Assembly (NCBI GenBank): GCA_043228905.1
Contig: JBHGNT010000010.1
Span: 17,174,001-17,238,000, forward strand
DNA length: 64,000 bases
From: Azolla caroliniana
Taxonomy: Eukaryota > Plantae > Polypodiophyta
Direction of reading: 5' to 3'
The position numbers were made by a program, and so were the translations under genes. Below are positions 13,203 to 27,100 of this stretch, piece after piece. Below the pieces are notes generated by a model. The model saw nothing but the letters and a program-made list of their open reading frames with translations. It was not told the DNA's origin and made no database searches. Positions within the stretch are counted from its first letter, which is position 1; each line of letters begins with the position of its first letter.

Positions 13203-14042
13203 GCCAACTCAAAGCTAATTCAAGTTGTGTACATACATATGTACATTGTAGTCTTCACTTCTATCATACATAATTATATCATTTCTCAATAAGAGTATAA
13301 AGAAACAAGCAAGAAAATCTCTTTTTCCTAAAGTCTCTCCTCCTCCTCTCTTTTTTTACTTTTCAATACAACTCAACTCAAATATGTATACATATATATA
13401 ATCAATCAACTAACTCAATCAAATCAATGAATATACATGTATATATATATAAATAATCAATCCAATAATTGAGCTGTGCTTTAATGCACATTGGATGTAT
13501 GTATGTATGTATGATGGTGATGATCTTTGCAAAGAGCTTGGAGTCCTATGGATGAATTGATCTACCAAAGGGACTCACTACCTCCTCATGATCCGCTCCT
13601 GAATTCCATGCATTGGATGATTCCTGCAGCTGAAACCCTCAATCTTTGATTATTAGCTTGAACAGGCCGGCCATTCATTCCATCAAGAGGTATTTGGCCC
13701 CCTTTCCCTCTCTTCTTCCACCTTCTTGCCCTTCTTCTACCCGATTCTGATTCTGATTCTGATTCTGATTCTGAATCTTCTTCTGATTCTGATTCATGCC
13801 AGGTTTGGCCGTTAGATGGCATGATGTCCTCCTGACCAGTGCCTGTGTATGTAGCTAATTCACATTACAATCATTTGTTTTTTTCTCCACAGGTAAATTA
13901 ATCACAGCTATTCTGGAGAGGAAGAAATTGGTCACCAATTCCGGTTGCATTCGCAAATCTTCTGTACAGGCGGCCACTTACAGCTACAGCTAGGGTTAGG
14001 GCTACTACTACGATTACCTGGGAAAGACACCATATAATTAAG

Positions 14043-16322
14043 ATGGAGCAGATGATGGTGAGGCCATCGATTACTAACTACATCTTCAACATACAGCAGC
14101 AACAGCAACAGCAACAAGACGACGACATTAACAATGCTGTTGATGACTACAACAATGAAAACAGCAGTAACCATCATTATCATCATCATCATCATGCTCA
14201 TAATACTGCTGAATCTGTTGCCACACACAGCAGCTGTAATAATAACCATCACAACAGCAACATATTCACAGCTACATCCCTCATGTTAGAGTCCGATTTC
14301 CAGCTACTTGAAGAAGATCTTCAATACACTCCTCATCCATTCTCCCATGATGATGGCGATAGAGATGACAATGATGATGATGATGATAATGATGATGATC
14401 ATGATGATAATGATCTCCGTCACCATAAGCATCGCCATCATCACCATGTTACCATGATTCATGATAACATTACTACTAGTACAGCCACTCGTACATCTAA
14501 TTCTCATGATTCCTCCTCTATCACTTCTAATAATGATGCACACCATCACGATCCAATCTTTCCTGTCGAGAGCTGCGTGAAAGACCTTAACAACAATCAT
14601 AATCATGTAAACGTGGCTGATGCAGACCATGGTAACCATACTGGACGTGATGATGGTCCACATCATAATCTTCCTCATCGTCTAAGTTCTCCTCCACAAA
14701 CAGAGAATTATATTCATAGTCTTGATCCGATATTCAGCCTTTCCCAGAGCACCAAATCCAGTGATGATGATGTTGCGACTACATCAGGATTCGATCACTG
14801 GCTCGCTTCCTTTGACGAAGAATTAACTAGGACATCCCAGGAGTACATTACCGACAATATATTATACGGACCGCCGTCCAATATCTTCAATAGCAATGAA
14901 GACATAGATCTAGTCTTCAATTATGGTCATCACGGCGACATAATTAACAACTACAATGTGGTGGATGATCATGCAGGAAATGACATGGCCATGATTAAGG
15001 AGGAGGAGATGGCAGAGCCTGAAGGATTGGAAGGTATCAATTATGGTAAGGGTATTAATATGGATGGAGCTGGGTGTGGATCAGAATCAAACACCATTAT
15101 AAGTTTTCATAATTGCGATATAGGTGATCATCAGAGGTCTGATGATGATGAATTAATGATGGAATTTCAACCACATTTAGCTGTAGTTTCATCGACCGGG
15201 AAACCAAGAAGCAAACGAGCGCGCCGTTTCTCGGATCAAGCAGCCAGTAATTGGTCATCAGGAACATTCAGGAGTATCCTTACAAGTAGTACTACATCTA
15301 CTACCTCTCATTATGTACATGGAGGCTCTGGTAGCATCATAGATCCCTCCCCGAATAGCTTCGATTCTTATACCCCTACCTCCAATTCGCGTCAGAATGA
15401 TGATCATATCATTAATCTCCATGAGTATAGCAACAATCATCACCACCAAAATACTCTTGTAATTAAGGCTTCAGAGGAGCCGGAGATTGAGAGCATTGGG
15501 CCGCTCCAAGAGAAGTATCATCGCAACGTAAGCGGCATCCATGTCGATCATCCTGCATTAGTACTAATGTATACCGAGAATGTGATTCATGATCACACCC
15601 AAACTAATTATGGGGAGGAGGAGGACGAGGAGGAGGTAGTGATCACAGGGGGCATTACTCCTCGCAACCATTATACGCCGCCTCAGAATAATGTGGTCCG
15701 CGGTAGTGCTACCGGTGTGCCGGATGCATTACATTTGGGCAAAGTACTGATGAAGAGTAGTACTATGGATCACCAAGCTCACCATGGGGGGCAACCACTA
15801 GCTAGTGCAATAGTATGCAATAATAATACTAGGTCATGGAATGCCATGGCCAAATGTAGTAAATCCAAGACTAAGAAGGAGGAGGGCATAGAGTCTGTTT
15901 ATACAAGCACTTGTTTTAGGAAGGATGAGGAGCTGCAGATGAATGGACAACACAATGAAGACATGGATCATGGATTATCATCGAGCTCAAGCTCAAGCTC
16001 ATCGTCATCGCAGATATGTGCGAATGGGAATGGCCGGAGATGCTCACATTGCTTGTCTCAGAAGACACCTCAATGGAGAGCAGGGCCTGATGGCCCCAAG
16101 ACCTTGTGCAATGCATGTGGTGTCCGGTACAAATCGGGCCGGCTCTTCGATGAGTACAGGCCCGCGAAGAGCCCGACCTTCTCGAGCTACAAGCATTCCA
16201 ATTCTCACAAGAAGGTGATGGAGATGAGGAGGAGAAAGCTCATTATATCAAGCCCATGCAACACCAACACCAATAGCACTTTCAACAACAACAACAAAAG
16301 AATGTCCATGATAATTGAGTAG
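14043..16322 (+). CDS. GATA zinc-finger transcription factor, plant class A, with a long His/Asp/Asn/Gln-rich N-terminus (759 aa)
   Basis: C-X2-C-X18-C-X2-C finger [26 protein letters not shown] followed by [19 protein letters not shown]....[12 protein letters not shown], plus the upstream GKPRSKR motif typical of class A GATAs. The frame is open from 13902, so a spliced N-terminal extension is not excluded. Confidence 0.93.
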   Translation: MEQMMVRPSITNYIFNIQQQQQQQQDDDINNAVDDYNNENSSNHHYHHHHHAHNTAESVATHSSCNNNHHNSNIFTATSLMLESDFQLLEEDLQYTPHPFSHDDGDRDDNDDDDDNDDDHDDNDLRHHKHRHHHHVTMIHDNITTSTATRTSNSHDSSSITSNNDAHHHDPIFPVESCVKDLNNNHNHVNVADADHGNHTGRDDGPHHNLPHRLSSPPQTENYIHSLDPIFSLSQSTKSSDDDVATTSGFDHWLASFDEELTRTSQEYITDNILYGPPSNIFNSNEDIDLVFNYGHHGDIINNYNVVDDHAGNDMAMIKEEEMAEPEGLEGINYGKGINMDGAGCGSESNTIISFHNCDIGDHQRSDDDELMMEFQPHLAVVSSTGKPRSKRARRFSDQAASNWSSGTFRSILTSSTTSTTSHYVHGGSGSIIDPSPNSFDSYTPTSNSRQNDDHIINLHEYSNNHHHQNTLVIKASEEPEIESIGPLQEKYHRNVSGIHVDHPALVLMYTENVIHDHTQTNYGEEEDEEEVVITGGITPRNHYTPPQNNVVRGSATGVPDALHLGKVLMKSSTMDHQAHHGGQPLASAIVCNNNTRSWNAMAKCSKSKTKKEEGIESVYTSTCFRKDEELQMNGQHNEDMDHGLSSSSSSSSSSSQICANGNGRRCSHCLSQKTPQWRAGPDGPKTLCNACGVRYKSGRLFDEYRPAKSPTFSSYKHSNSHKKVMEMRRRKLIISSPCNTNTNSTFNNNNKRMSMIIE

Positions 16323-16690
16323 AGTGCATGCCATCATTAGTACTGAGCTTTGTCATGATCACGATCGTAATTATATCATGATGATGGTGATGGTCAATAA
16401 TGACATGCACAATTAGAAGAAGAAGATGATGATGATGATGATGATGGAGTAGAAAGCTCATTATATCAAGCCCATGCAATTTCAACAACAAAGTGACACT
16501 ATTGTCCATGATAATTAATTGAGCATTGGATCATGAGTACTAATCATGAACCCGGGCCCAGCCATCATGAGTACTAATCATTGTCATGATCACGATCCTA
16601 AGTAAGCGTAATGTGATAATTATTACTCATGATGATGATGATGATGGTCACTTAGTCACTAAGGACATGCACATTAAGAAGAAGAAGTCT
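16233..16690 (+). repeat. Imperfect ~220-bp tandem duplication spanning the GATA stop codon and 3' UTR
   Basis: agaaagctcattatatcaagcccatgcaa at ~16233 and ~16451; tgtccatgataatt, gtcatgatcacgatc and gacatgcaca...agaagaaga each occur twice in the same order. Confidence 0.8.
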
Positions 16691-17304
16691 AGCATTAATA
16701 ACAAGGACATGAATTATCATGCCCAATCATTAATGGTGACAGAACTTAATAATAACTACTTTTGATACTACTACTACAACCACTACTTTATTGTCCAAAG
16801 CTTAAGCTTCTAGTACTCCTGAGTCCTTTTCATATATTATTCATGATTTAAATATGCCAGCAGTCCATGGAATTCATTCAATAGCCCATTTTTAGCTTAC
16901 TATCCCTTCTCATTCTTTTTATATAAATTTAAGTGTCTTTAGTGGACTCTTCTAAGTTCTGTTATATTCACCACATAATAATATAACCTTTTAAGTCCTT
17001 AAATGTCCCTTCATAACGTATGGACTAGTCTTCTTCTTCATAATTAATTTCTTATAGCTCATACCAATTTTACCATTTGTTCATGTATATATATTACCAC
17101 CAAAACAGTTATAAATATATATTTACATGTGTATCTTCCAATGCAATATTCATTTTTCCTTCAAGTTTGTATATTTCTTCAATGCATTTTTTAGGGAATG
17201 GATGACCATGAGATTGTTTCTAGGCTCATTTTAATGCTCAAAAGTAAATTAATATGTGATTGGTTTAAAATTCATTAGCTGATGTGATATCGATGACATC
17301 TAGT

Positions 17305-17308
<4 letters not shown>

Positions 17309-17360
<52 letters not shown>
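17309..17360. repeat. (TC)n microsatellite
   Basis: Seen directly. Confidence 0.95.
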
Positions 17361-17364
<4 letters not shown>

Positions 17365-17803
17365 TGAAAACACACAATTATATTAATAAATGTGTGTAAA
17401 AACCACTACTTACAATGGGTGTGACAATGGAGTATGGTCACCCACTAACTACACTACATGGGTAAGACGAACATGTTGAAATGCCAATAGGCAAGACGAA
17501 CACTCCATTGAGGAAAGATTTTCCACTTGCTCCAATAAAGGAAATTGCCACATTAGTACTCCCTTCAACTTTCGTATATGTGCTTTCACCCCATGTCTAC
17601 CATCGAATACAAAAGCGTTGCGCATATTCCAATTATGATGCAATCCCTAATATCTTAGAAATAGAAAAACAATCTCCATCTCTGATTTTGGGTCAACCTG
17701 TGTAAATTGTGCAAACACCCATTGTCTAGGTGTCAAATAACACCGTGATAAGACTTGCCAAATTTGAGAAATGTAATTCCAAATCTGACAAGCAATTGGA
17801 CAT

Positions 17804-18209
17804 TGTTGAGAATCAAGCTCAACTTGGTCTAGTGTGTGAACTCACCCTAAGAGTGAATAAACACTCCAACAGTCAAGAGTCACCATTAAGTCACCACTTT
17901 GTATTCTAGCATTTAGTATGAGTCATAGAATCATATTCTATGACACATAACTTATGAGCTTTCACATTCCCCATGCTCCATGAGTCTTGTAGTTAATGAA
18001 GAGAGAGGGTGACTATATAAAGCACCCTCCTCCCACCTTGTATAATGTTGAGTCTTTCTCGTTTGTTAATATACTTTTACCTTACGTATTCTTTGTGTCT
18101 TACTCCTTGTCTCTCTCACTCACTCTCTCTCTCTCTCTCTCTCTTTCTCATACACACACACAGTTCATATTTATTCCGTTGCATAGAATCCATCTCTTGA
18201 TTCTTTACA
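17804..18209 (+). repeat. Copia 5' LTR
   Basis: Direct repeat of 22899-23296, about a dozen substitutions by eye plus microsatellite length differences. Confidence 0.95.
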
Positions 18210-21200
18210 TGGTATCAGAGAGATTTGGTAGCTTGATCTAGCCCATTCACCTCATTGTGATCGTGTGTTGTGCTCCATGCCGACAACCAAGAACCGGCTC
18301 ATCACTATCGTAGCTTCGTTACATACCTCGCATTCGAAGAAGAAGAAGAATCGACATAATGAATACTCAAATGGGGAGCGCTCTCCCTATCGAGAAGTTG
18401 GATCGAAACAACTTCGCATCTTGGGAGTACAAGATGCACCAATACCTTGTTAGACAAGGCTATTGGAGCTACATCAAATGAGTGCACGAAGATCGACTCG
18501 TCGAAACGGCTCCTGGATGCGCGACATGGGAGCAAGCCACAAGCCGCGTGATGTATTGCTTGGCGATAGGTGTTCACGATCACATGCTCGGCTAAATTCA
18601 CGAAGCCAAGATGCCGAAGGAGGCATGGGAAAATCTACGAAAGATTTTCGCGGCGAACACAATCGCAAGAAGGTTTCAACTCCGCCTAGAGTTGAACAAC
18701 ATTCAACAAAGGGACATGTCCATCACGACATACACCTTGAAGATCAAGGAGCTTTCTGACTCACTCGGCTCGATAAGCGTAAATATCGATGATGATGAGA
18801 TGGTGCGAATATGCCTCGGCGGCCTCGCACCACGGTTCGGCGCGATGCGAACCGCCATTCTAGCAAGGGAGAAATCTCCCTCCTTCTTTGAGCTCCAATC
18901 AATGCTATTGGTCGAAGAAAACCATGTGCGTACAAGGAGCAATGAGTCAGAAGGCCACATGCTCTACACGCACTTGAACGGAGGAAGAGGACGCGAATGA
19001 GCGAGAGGCTGATTCGGCCAAGGACAAGGCGCACGAGGTCTGACCTACGACAACCACTCCCAATTTTGACCGCAAAACGGAAGCCAACGAGGAACCTTCG
19101 CAAGAAGGGGGAGCTTCCACTCTGGCCCGAGCCGTCAAAACGCAACCGAATGCGGATATTGTGAAAAGCTCGGCCACCACGAAGAAGAGTGCCAAAGAAG
19201 ATGCGTGAATCGGCTTCCACAAGCCGACAACTCACGAATTACGCCCACAATTCCGATTACGAAGAGTATAGTGGAATGGACGGGCACAACTCTGACTACG
19301 AAGATCGTGGCGGAATGTATGCACACAACTCCGACCGTGGCGGAATGCTCATGATGAAACATAGAGCAAACTCTATGTCGGCCTCTACCTCAACTAGTGC
19401 CCTCAATCCGGAGGATGTATGGTTTGTTGATTCCGGAGCCTCAAACCATATGACATCTCATAAAGAATGGTTTCTTGAACTTCGAGAGCCGGAGCGACCT
19501 GGTTATGTTGAAACCGGAGATGACACTATGCACCCGATTCGGCACATCGGCAATGTTCTGTTCGGCGAAAGAGGTACAAGCAAACATAGATTAAAAATGT
19601 CTTGCATGTTCCCACCATCACGAAGAACTTGGTCTCGGTCAGCCAAATGGTTGAGCAAGAGATGCAAGTACGATTCGACCAAGAAGGGTGCTTCATCGAA
19701 AAAGAGGGCCGAATCATCGTGTGCGGAAGAAGAGAGGGCCAGATGTTCATTCTTGATTCACACGAGATGAAATCCGCCATGTTCGCAAAAAGCACGAAAG
19801 CCGACTCCGACATAGAGCTATGGCACAAGCAAATCGGCCACATCAATCTCAACAAACTCAAAGCAATGAAATCGAAAGGAGTCGTCATCGGACTCCTGAC
19901 ATTCAAAGAGAAGGAGATTGAAGGTGTATGCGAAGCATGCCAATTCGGCAAGCAACACCGACACCCATTCCCGAAAAAGCGGAATGTGAGCAAAGGTCTA
20001 CTCGACGTAGTCCATTCCGACGTATGGGGACCGACGCAGATGGCTACATTCGGCGGATGCCGATATTACGTGCTCTTCATCGACGACTTCTCCAGGCACA
20101 CGTGGCTCTATCCGATGTGGCAAAAGAGCGAAGTGTTTAGACACTTCCAAAGGTTTAAAAACGAAGTCGAAAAATCCATTGGTTGTCATGTACGAAGCCT
20201 TCGATCGGATGGCGGCACGGAGTACTTCTCAGACAATTTCACGTCGTATCTTCGAAAGGAAGGAATTTGGTGAGAATTCACTTGCCGACATACTCTGCAA
20301 GAAAACGGAGTAGCTGAGCGCAAAAATCGGCACATCCTCGAAGTAGCGCGGGCCATGGTGAATGAGAAGCATATGCTCAAGTCATATTGGGCCGAAGCTG
20401 CAAATATGACCTTCTACCTAATGAACCGGTGCACAACATCTAGAGTGCACGAGGTCACTCCGCACGAAAAATACTTCGGAAAGAAGCCAGACTTATCGCA
20501 CACCCGGATATTCTGCGCGATAGCATACGTGCACATCCTCGACGAGAAGCATCAAAAGCTTGACCCGAAATCGGAGAAATGTATCCTCGTAAGATACTCA
20601 CTAGAGCAAAAGGGGTACAAGTGCTACAACCCCTCAACTCAAAAATCTCGAGTAAGTTGAGACGTTGTTTTTGACGAGTCCGCATCCTGGTACGCACCAG
20701 AGACAATTTCGACTCCGATTCCGCTCGACCCGGAATCCGCCGAACAAGAGATAGAGGATGAAGATGGCCTTATGCGCATGTTCGAAGAAAGTTTGATCAC
20801 GCCCCGTCTGAGCGGACCACAAGAGCCTTTGAGCGATCAAAGCACATCATGGCCTAGCCCGAAGATGGACAAAGGCAAGGCAAAAATGTCGAAATACGAA
20901 GACGATCGCTTCGACGACGATGAGTCGACTCACTCACTCGACAGTGAGTTCGGCGGCTTCGATGTACCAATCGGAGCTAAGAAAGCCCTCATCTCTGCAA
21001 ATGAAAAGCTTCGTCGCTCCACCCGTGAAAAGAATCCGGTCAGCCGATTCGGCTACAACGACTACATGGCATATCACTATGCCTTTATGATGAAGGTGGC
21101 GACAGTACGTGAGCCGGAAACATTTTCCGAAGCAGCCAAGGATTCGCGATGGATCGAAGCCATGAACGAGGAGATGCATGCACTACACAAGAATGAGACG

Positions 21201-22898
21201 TGGGATCTCGTTCCCACCTCACCACACAAAAAGACGATCGGATGCAGATGGATTTACAAAGTGAAGTACAATGCCGACAGTTCCGTCAACCGCTACAAAG
21301 TGCGACTTGTAGCAAAAGGCTATGTACAAACACACGGAGTTGACTATGAAGAGACCTTTTCCCTAGTGGCAAAGATGATGATGGTACAGACTATAATTGC
21401 GTTTGCCGCAGCGAAAGGGTGGCACCTCCATCAAATGGACGTCAAGAACACCTTTCTACAAGGAAAATTAGAAGAGGAGGTGTACATGATACAACCACCC
21501 AGCTTCAACTCGAGCACCCATCCGAAAGTGGTATGCTGAGTCAAGAAGCCACTCTACGGCCTCAAGCAAGCACCGCGTGCTTGGCATTCGAAGATAACGC
21601 AATATCTTTATCAAATCGTCTTTCGTATGTCAAAATCAGACAACTCCCTCTACATACGAAGTGATTCCGCAAGTCCGATTGTCATCATCTTATATGTGGA
21701 TGACCTAGCCATTGGAGGTGAGCATCTCGTCGAAATCAATAAGGTCAAATCCCTCCTTTCCGACAAGTTCGAGATGATGGACATGAAGGAGCTTCACTAC
21801 TTCCTCGACATTGAGGTAATTCGGACTCCAGCCGAAATCATGATCTCATCCTCAACTTGTTATACAAGTTCGGGATGGCTGAGTGCAAATCCACGGCAAC
21901 TCCGCTCGATCGCAATCTCAAAATAGATGCGAACTCCGGCACCAAAGCGTGTGAGCCGACTCAGTATCTGCAACTTATCGGGAGTCTCATCTACCTCACG
22001 ATCACTTGACCTGATCTCAGTTATCTGGTCGGTCTTCTTAGTCAATTCATGCAAACATCGTGTGATACTCACTTGGATTGCGCTAAGCAAGTTCTACGAT
22101 ACGTGAGCGGCACAATGGATTGCAGCATCCTCTACAAGACCGCGATGCCAATACAACTCGAGGGGTACATAGATGCCAATTGGGCCGGCTACAAAGCTGA
22201 TAGAAGATCAACCTCCGGATTTGTTTTTTCCCTCGGCAACGGAGCAATATCCTGGAGCAGCAAAAAGCAACCAACTGTCGCTCTTTCGAGCACAGAGGCG
22301 GAATACAGGGGCGCGACAGTGGCTGCATGTGAAGCCGTATGGCTCAAAAGGATACTCAAGGATCTGGGCGTACTCATCAAGGATCCGACTTCCCTTTACT
22401 GCGACAACATGAACAATATCTATCTGGCTCGGAACCTGGTGTTCCACACGCAGAGAAAGCACATCGAAGTGCACTATCACTTCATCCGAGAACGCGTTCT
22501 AGCGGGCGATGTCGACCTACAACACATTAGCACCAATCTTCAAACGACCGACATCTTCACTAAAGCCTTAGGAACCAACAAGCTATGGCAATTCATGACG
22601 GATCTCGGATTGACGATCCCTAACCTGCCAAGCTTGAGGGGGAGTACTGAAGACACCACTACACAATAACGCATGGATTTCGCAACCGTGCAACGAAGCT
22701 GCGAAGAGCCGATCTATCGCGCAAAGTTGCGAAGAAAGACGCAAGCCGAAGCACAGACTTAGCAACTATGCTCAACGCAAGTTGGAGCACGGATTCCGCA
22801 ACTTTGCATAAATGTGAGTCGACGCGGACTCCGGAACGCGAGTCGAAGCGGATTTCGGATACCGTCTGAAATCGACCCGACTTGAGCTTGAGGGGGTG

Positions 22899-23296
22899 TG
22901 TTGAGAATCAAGCTCAACTTGGTCTAGTGTGTGAACTCACCGTGAGAGTGAATAAACACTCCAACAATCAAGAGTCACCATTAAGTCACCACTTTGTATT
23001 CTAGCATTTAGTATGAGTCATAGAATCATATTCTATGACACATAACTTATGAGCTTTCACATTCCCCATGCTCCATGAGTCTTGTAGTTAATGAAGAGAG
23101 AGGGGGTGACAATATAAAGCACCCTCCTCCCACCTTGTATAATGTTGAGTCTTTCTACTTTGTTAATATACTTTTACCTTGCGTATTCTCTATGTCTTAC
23201 TCCTTGTCTCTCTCACTCACTCACTCTCTCTCTCTCATACACACACAGAGTTCATATCTATTCCGTTGCACAGAATCCATCTCTTGATTCTTTACA
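22899..23296 (+). repeat. Copia 3' LTR
   Basis: Follows the PPT and is followed by the GACAT TSD. Confidence 0.95.
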
Positions 23297-24180
23297 GACA
23301 TTGTATAAATCGATGAGTACTATCTTCCATTTGAACAGTGCAAAAGAAGCAATTACCCGTTGTTAGTCCACGACGCTTTAGAGCTAATCCCAAAGGCAAT
23401 CCTCCAATCAAAACTCTCCAAATGAAGACCTTTGCTACAAGTGGCAATTTAGAACTACGTTGTAATATCTACCACCACCCATGATCGGATTTGTGTATTC
23501 CCCATTCTTCTTCAGCCTTAGATGATAACCATCCAAGAGACTTGATAGAGCAATGATACAAAAGATTAGTAGTCACTTTTAACAATGACGTTTGACCCTT
23601 TAAACACCAATCAATCCACAGTTGTTCTCGTGTTTGTAGAGGTAAGGGACTGTGCATCAATGGAATATTTTGTAGTTGTTCCCAAATAAACCCATAATTA
23701 GCTGGAATGCGTAATAATTGTCGCGTTTCAACAAACTCCAAAATTCTTTGAGATGGAGCCTCAACTTTATCTCCCAGCTCTTTGACCCCCAAATGAAACA
23801 AACGATTAAATTGAGAGCGCAATCTCTCCTTTCCTGGCCAACATAATAACCGAGAAGACATAATCAACTCTTTTTGCAAAGAATTACAATGCTCTCTACT
23901 AGGTGATGGTTTCCATACACATAACAAGAGTGCTTCTTGCCATGAGGCAACCAAGTGTTGAACACATATAGAGTCCGGAATCCTAAGTGAAATACATCCA
24001 TTCAGTAATTGCCACCATGAAGCCTTAATCGTTGTCCTCCCATGTGTTAAACCCTTGTTCTCAGTGAAATATTGAACAATAGATATCCATGGTTGTGAGT
24101 TTGAACACATATCTTGTAATAATGAAAATCTATGAGCTATCATATGCTTAGATAAGTTCAATAGTCTAGCTCCCCCCAAG

Positions 24181-27100
24181 AACTTAGGGCCGAAATAACG
24201 AAACTTAAAGTAGACAACATGAACCTTCAGAAACAAGTTAAGGACCATCAGACATCTAGGGAAGATGGCGAAATATCTTCCCTAGAGGATATTAAGGACG
24301 AGATAAAAAAGGTTAAGGAAGAGATTAAAGGCGATAGGAAATTAGCAAAAATTGGGTGGGTTGATGTAGTAAAACGTAATATTAAAAAGGAACTAAAGGA
24401 TGAAAATATTGTAAACACTACCCTTGAGGAGGAAAAAATGTGTCAAGCTCGACGCCTAAATGTACGAGTTACTAGGCTCAAGGAAGGGGCATCTCTCGAC
24501 GAAGATGCACAAACATTAGGGAAAATGTTGGGGTACGCAGCCCTACCAATCACTAAAACTTGGAGGGTAGGGCGTGACACCACTAGGAAAAGAGCTTTGG
24601 TCCTTCCGTTTAAGGACTCAGAATCTAGAATCGCATTTTTTAAAAAGAGACCAATTCTTCGAGGATTGGGCGGGGACCCTATCTAGCTTGATGAAGACCT
24701 AACCAAGATGCAAATTGAGCATTGTAAAACTTGTATGCCGCGAGTCATACAATCTCGTAAAGAGGGGCATCGTGCTTTTTACCAAGACAGACGTGTGATA
24801 ATAAATTATTGCGCCGCCAATTGACAGTGTGTGGCCCATGTGACAGACAATAACTTAGGATGACTTTATGGAACTGTAACGGTGCACTTTGGACACACCT
24901 TGGCCGTTTAGAGGAGATTTTGAAGGTATCTGACATACTTTTTTTAGTAGAAAGACATCAGAGTCCAAATCGAGGACTACCACGAGTGGACGGTTTTCGT
25001 TGCGAATCTGTCTTTAGGAAAACCTCCAATCGACATACTACTAGAGGGTCTGGAGGGGTTGCTATACTATTTCGGAGAGAGATACATAATAGGATAGAAA
25101 TACTAAAGAAAGACCTAGAAGCCCATTTTATGTGGGTGAAAGTCCTCACTAGCAAGGATCAGGCGATATTTATTGTTGTTTGTTACTTCCCCCCCGAAAG
25201 GATTCCGATAGAATATGTTTGGAGAGGCGAGTATAGTTGATGAAGGAACGCCACATGGGCCTTCTCCATATGAACCTTTATTGGATGACATAATCTGATA
25301 TTCTTCTCAAGGGGAAGTCTTCCTTGTAGGAGATTTCATTGTGAGAACCCAATCCTGACAATGCACAATATTTTAGATGGATAGAAACCTAGAAATGGTG
25401 AATGTTGACGCTTTAGACTTAGACATAACGTGTACATCAAAGGATCAAGGTATGGACGCCACAAGCTTTGGCCGTAATCTACTTGAACTTGGAAGCCGAC
25501 ACACTAGATGATCATATATAATGGCTTCGCCAAGTGGCCGGGCTCGGAAGCGCTCACATGTTTCCCACATGGAGGAGGGGAAAGCACAATTGATTACCTA
25601 ATAGGACGCCCTGAAGCTACCCACATGGTTAACTCCTTCCGGGTGGCCCCATGTCCCATTGGTGCAAACCATAGCTTCCTATTTTTTGAGCTAAAATGCG
25701 ACACCTCCCACACCACCAACTCTAGTCAACCAAACCACCACACAATAATACATTTCACGCATGAGCTCGCTGACATATATTCCCGACATGTTCAAGCCCA
25801 TCTCTCCTCTTTTGATTCTTTCTTGCCTTTAGAGAACCTCACTACAGAACTCGCACACATCCTTCACTCAGCAGCAATTAGTAGCTTCCCATACACGAAA
25901 CACTCCAATCATAGTAGAATAGGGTCTATGCCACAGAACAAGTGGTATGACGAGGATTGTACATAGTTGTATAGACAACTTAAAGTGTTGCGACTTAGTG
26001 GTACTATTTCCTTAGTATAGGCTTGCAAAGAGATGTGCAAGATGACACGTCATAAAAGACGAGCTTGGGAAGCATCTCAATATTGGGAACTCTACCATAT
26101 GCTCATGAGTAGGGATTGTGCCCTTGCATGGAAGAGACTACGGTAACCACGATCACAAACACCCATCGAGGATCCTAATATTTGGCAACCATATATCGAG
26201 AGACTCTACCATGTCCCGAACCAACCACCCATTCCAATGCCTTCCACACCTCGACCTACCATGGGGACACTTTTCACGACCTCTAGGGTCACGAAGGTCA
26301 TAAAAAAATTACAACATAGGAAATCCATGGACCACACAGGATTGCGAGCCGAACACATCATATATGCTCGAGAGTGCCTAGCCCCCTTTCTCACTCTAAT
26401 CTTCAACCGCGCCCTCGCCGAGAGTTTTCCACCATAATGGACCATGAACCCTATACATAAAGGAGGGGACCCAATGGACCCAAATACATATAGGACCATT
26501 ATTAGGTCATACGCTCGCTAAACTATATGGTGCGGTAATGGAAGCAGAGCTCAATGATTATATGGAAACATTAAGTCTTTGAGCACCTGAGCAGGTTGGC
26601 CTTAGACGAGCCTTCTCCACTATTGACCATATCTTCACACTTAGGTGCTTAATTGACCAAACAAAGGCTCATAAGAAGAAACTATATTGTTGCTTTGTGG
26701 ACTTCCGCAAAGCCTTTGACACAGTTCCTAGGGACAAGTTGTTTGATAGACTTAAGAACTTGGATATACCAAATGACATGATCTAGGCCATTTATGCCCT
26801 ATATGAGCAAGTCTCTGGGTGCGTAAGATGCCCAGGTGGCCTATCAGATTGTTTCACTAGCACCATTGGTGTAAAACAAGGTTGCCCCCTATCACCGACT
26901 CTTTTTGGGATCTACATTGATGAGATCACTGATTTTATTGCTCGTAAGGGAGGCAAGGGAGTAGCTATTTGGGATACGCAAGTTAGTCTCTTACTCTACG
27001 CATACGACATTGTCTTGCTCTCGGAGTCAGAACACGAGCTACAAAAGCATCTTAATGCCCTATATGACTTTTGTACACAACGAGGACTGGTAGTGAATCT

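Larger units (their letters stand above)
17804..23296 (+). mobile_element. Full-length Ty1/copia LTR retrotransposon with disrupted gag-pol
   Basis: LTRs 17804-18209 and 22899-23296 (TGTTG...TTACA); perfect GACAT TSD (17799-17803, 23297-23301); PBS TGGTATCAGAG (tRNA-iMet) 18210-18220; PPT gagggggtg 22890-22898; gag, protease WFVDSGASNHMT, integrase (HSDVWGP, LRSDGGTEY), RT (QMDVKNTFL, LYVDDL), RNase H (LSSTEAEY) in copia order, with stops and frameshifts. Confidence 0.97.
17440..24180 (-). mobile_element. L1-like LINE remnant split by the copia insertion (pieces ~17440-17803 and 23297-~24180)
   Basis: Minus strand reads KVFIWRVLIGGLPLG...GNCFFCTVQMEDSTHRFIQC|PIACQIW across the copia TSD, then WNMRNAFVF; ORF 23469-24248 is the upstream part. 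Confidence 0.8.

Noticed and set aside
12685-13273. ORFs with poly-ER and poly-SL
   Set aside because: Artefacts of (CT)n and (AG)n tracts.
22631-22646. Second PPT-like agcttgaggggggag at the end of copia pol as the start of another LTR
   Set aside because: It is the usual LRG end of copia RNase H; the true PPT and LTR with TSD are at 22890-23296.
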